Assembly: GCA_043823965.1 (NCBI GenBank)
Contig: JBDRTP010000313.1
Coordinates: forward strand, 1 to 42,933
Source: Chloroflexota bacterium
Lineage (GTDB): Bacteria; Chloroflexota; Anaerolineae; Anaerolineales; Villigracilaceae
Direction of reading: 5' to 3'
Length of the DNA: 42,933 nt
Shown here: piece after piece, positions 41,963 through 42,933 of the stretch
Numbering within the stretch: the first letter of the stretch is position 1
Layout: each line of letters starts with the position of its first letter
The notes under the pieces: generated by a model
Database searches by the model: none
Told to the model about the DNA's origin: nothing
The model's input: the letters and a program-made list of their open reading frames with translations, nothing else
Translations under genes and position numbers: made by a program

Positions 41963-42598
41963 TTAGGAAGTCAGGAATCTCATTAATGTGGATGTAAGGC
42001 GCTCAAATTGCTGCATATAAGAGCGTTTTAAACCATCTGAGTCAGGTAAACTTAAACCTTTGGATTCAAAATGTGAATTCAAATGAACTTTCATGTGTTG
42101 ATCGTCGAGCGGTTCGAAAATGATGTCGTAACGAATATCCTCAGATTGAAAAACCAGGCGTGGCATAAAAGAGATTAACTTCCCACATAACTCTGCCTCA
42201 ATTTGTGCTTGATCTTTTATGAACTTGTTATTTAAAACCTCTTGGGCAGTGTTTTCATCAAAGCGGACACTTACATCAAAGTTATATCCATATGCAATCA
42301 GTACTGATTTTTCTGGTGGAAGGAGTTCGTTTACCTTTATGGCATATTCCCACAAAGGAAACTCACCCAATTCAGGTGTTTCAATAGGTAAATTAATACG
42401 AATCCGCCTGTCGCCAACCTGAACAAACCATGGATTGGGAGGATAAACCGCAACAATCATTTCAGGAGTGTCCATAATTGTGGGTTGGGAATCAACTGCT
42501 AAATTTCTGAGTTTGTTTCTGTCTATTGTTTGGAGATCTAGGGCGTCGTATACAATCGTTATGTTTCGCCCAATGACAGCCTCTAGTTGAGGAGACAC
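41963..42598 (-). CDS. Hypothetical protein (first gene of the operon)
   Basis: 211-aa ORF with a GTG start preceded by AAGAGGTGA and a TGTATAAT box. I recognise no family. Confidence 0.55.
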   Translation of the reverse strand: MSPQLEAVIGRNITIVYDALDLQTIDRNKLRNLAVDSQPTIMDTPEMIVAVYPPNPWFVQVGDRRIRINLPIETPELGEFPLWEYAIKVNELLPPEKSVLIAYGYNFDVSVRFDENTAQEVLNNKFIKDQAQIEAELCGKLISFMPRLVFQSEDIRYDIIFEPLDDQHMKVHLNSHFESKGLSLPDSDGLKRSYMQQFERLTSTLMRFLTS

Positions 42599-42635
42599 AA
42601 ATCACCTCTTTATTTCTTATTATGGATATGACACA

Positions 42636-42643
42636 ATTATACA
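42636..42643 (-). promoter_or_regulatory. Extended -10 box TGTATAAT for the three-gene operon
   Basis: The reverse complement of ATTATACA at 42636-42643, about 38 nt upstream of the GTG start. Confidence 0.5.
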
Positions 42644-42703
42644 ACAATAAACAATATTATTGCGATTATTTTCAATGGTTCTTTGGGAGTTGCCGTGATT
42701 CTG

Positions 42704-42730
42704 TACACGGATTGCACGGATTACATGGAT
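42704..42730. repeat. Three-unit 9-mer tandem repeat
   Basis: TACACGGAT TGCACGGAT TACATGGAT. An inverted partner AAATCCGTG lies at 42767-42775. Confidence 0.85.
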
Positions 42731-42933
42731 TTTCACCGAGTAGGCCTTCGGCAGAAAAATCCCTAAAAATCCGTGTTTTTTCCGTGCTTGTCCGGTGCGC
42801 CAGGATAAGCCTGGCTGTTCTAGTAAGTTGAAAGGTACTTGCCATGTGAATTTCTCGTAACACATGTAGTCGACCGAGCGCAGGATGGAGTAATCCATTT
42901 CAGCGAAGCCTTGGAAGACAAAGACGCAAGCCG

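Noticed and set aside
42620-42898. 92-aa minus-strand ORF at the window edge
   Set aside because: Its C-terminal two thirds run through the 9-mer repeats and the promoter region of the three-gene operon. Only the first ~30 aa (MDYSILRSVDYMCYEKFTWQ) could be real, perhaps a remnant of a disrupted gene, and I cannot support that.
1-42933. tRNA, rRNA, transposase/IS or prophage genes
   Set aside because: I saw no T-loop/acceptor-type tRNA signatures or rRNA-like stretches, and no ORF has transposase or phage structural motifs.

Overview
This is a 42.9-kb, fairly high-GC bacterial chromosomal segment. Gene content, TGTATAAT-type promoters and Pro/Thr-rich envelope proteins suggest a Chloroflexota/Anaerolineae-like organism, but that is inference only. 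Core genes: an ECF transporter (fused EcfA-EcfA, S and T components), a csoR-copZ-copA copper operon, a split-type methylmalonyl-CoA mutase large subunit, methylmalonyl-CoA epimerase, tilS, a four-gene envelope operon (histidine-kinase-like protein, LysM protein, two tandem LCP paralogs), a TPR protein, mtaB, folD, a PadR/membrane pair, a DEAD-box helicase and an RRM protein. Accessory content falls in four places. (1) A DUF433/PIN-like pair lies at 3.6-4.5 kb. (2) A ParE/RelE-type toxin-antitoxin (TA) cassette is inserted at the 3' end of the mutase gene, flanked by a duplicated, diverged copy of that gene end. (3) A ~6-kb array (15.6-21.6 kb) holds seven co-oriented cassettes: DUF559, MNT/HepT, Phd/VapC, RelE pair, MazF pair, UPF0175/DUF3368 and a truncated HicB. 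Mosaic GC-rich repeats with terminator hairpins and TGTATAAT boxes separate them, and the array ends in a chimeric HicB::lipoprotein ORF. (4) A minus-strand accessory block (39.4-42.9 kb) carries a 138-aa gene with hicAB and an AT-rich three-gene operon ending in a HEPN-like gene, again bracketed by GC-rich repeats. The window is also full of short-period tandem repeats (heptamer, octamer, 9-mer). Two of them sit in frame inside copA and tilS, each exactly 63 nt long. I found no rRNA, tRNA, CRISPR array or transposase gene. All homology calls are by eye from the translations; no searches were run.
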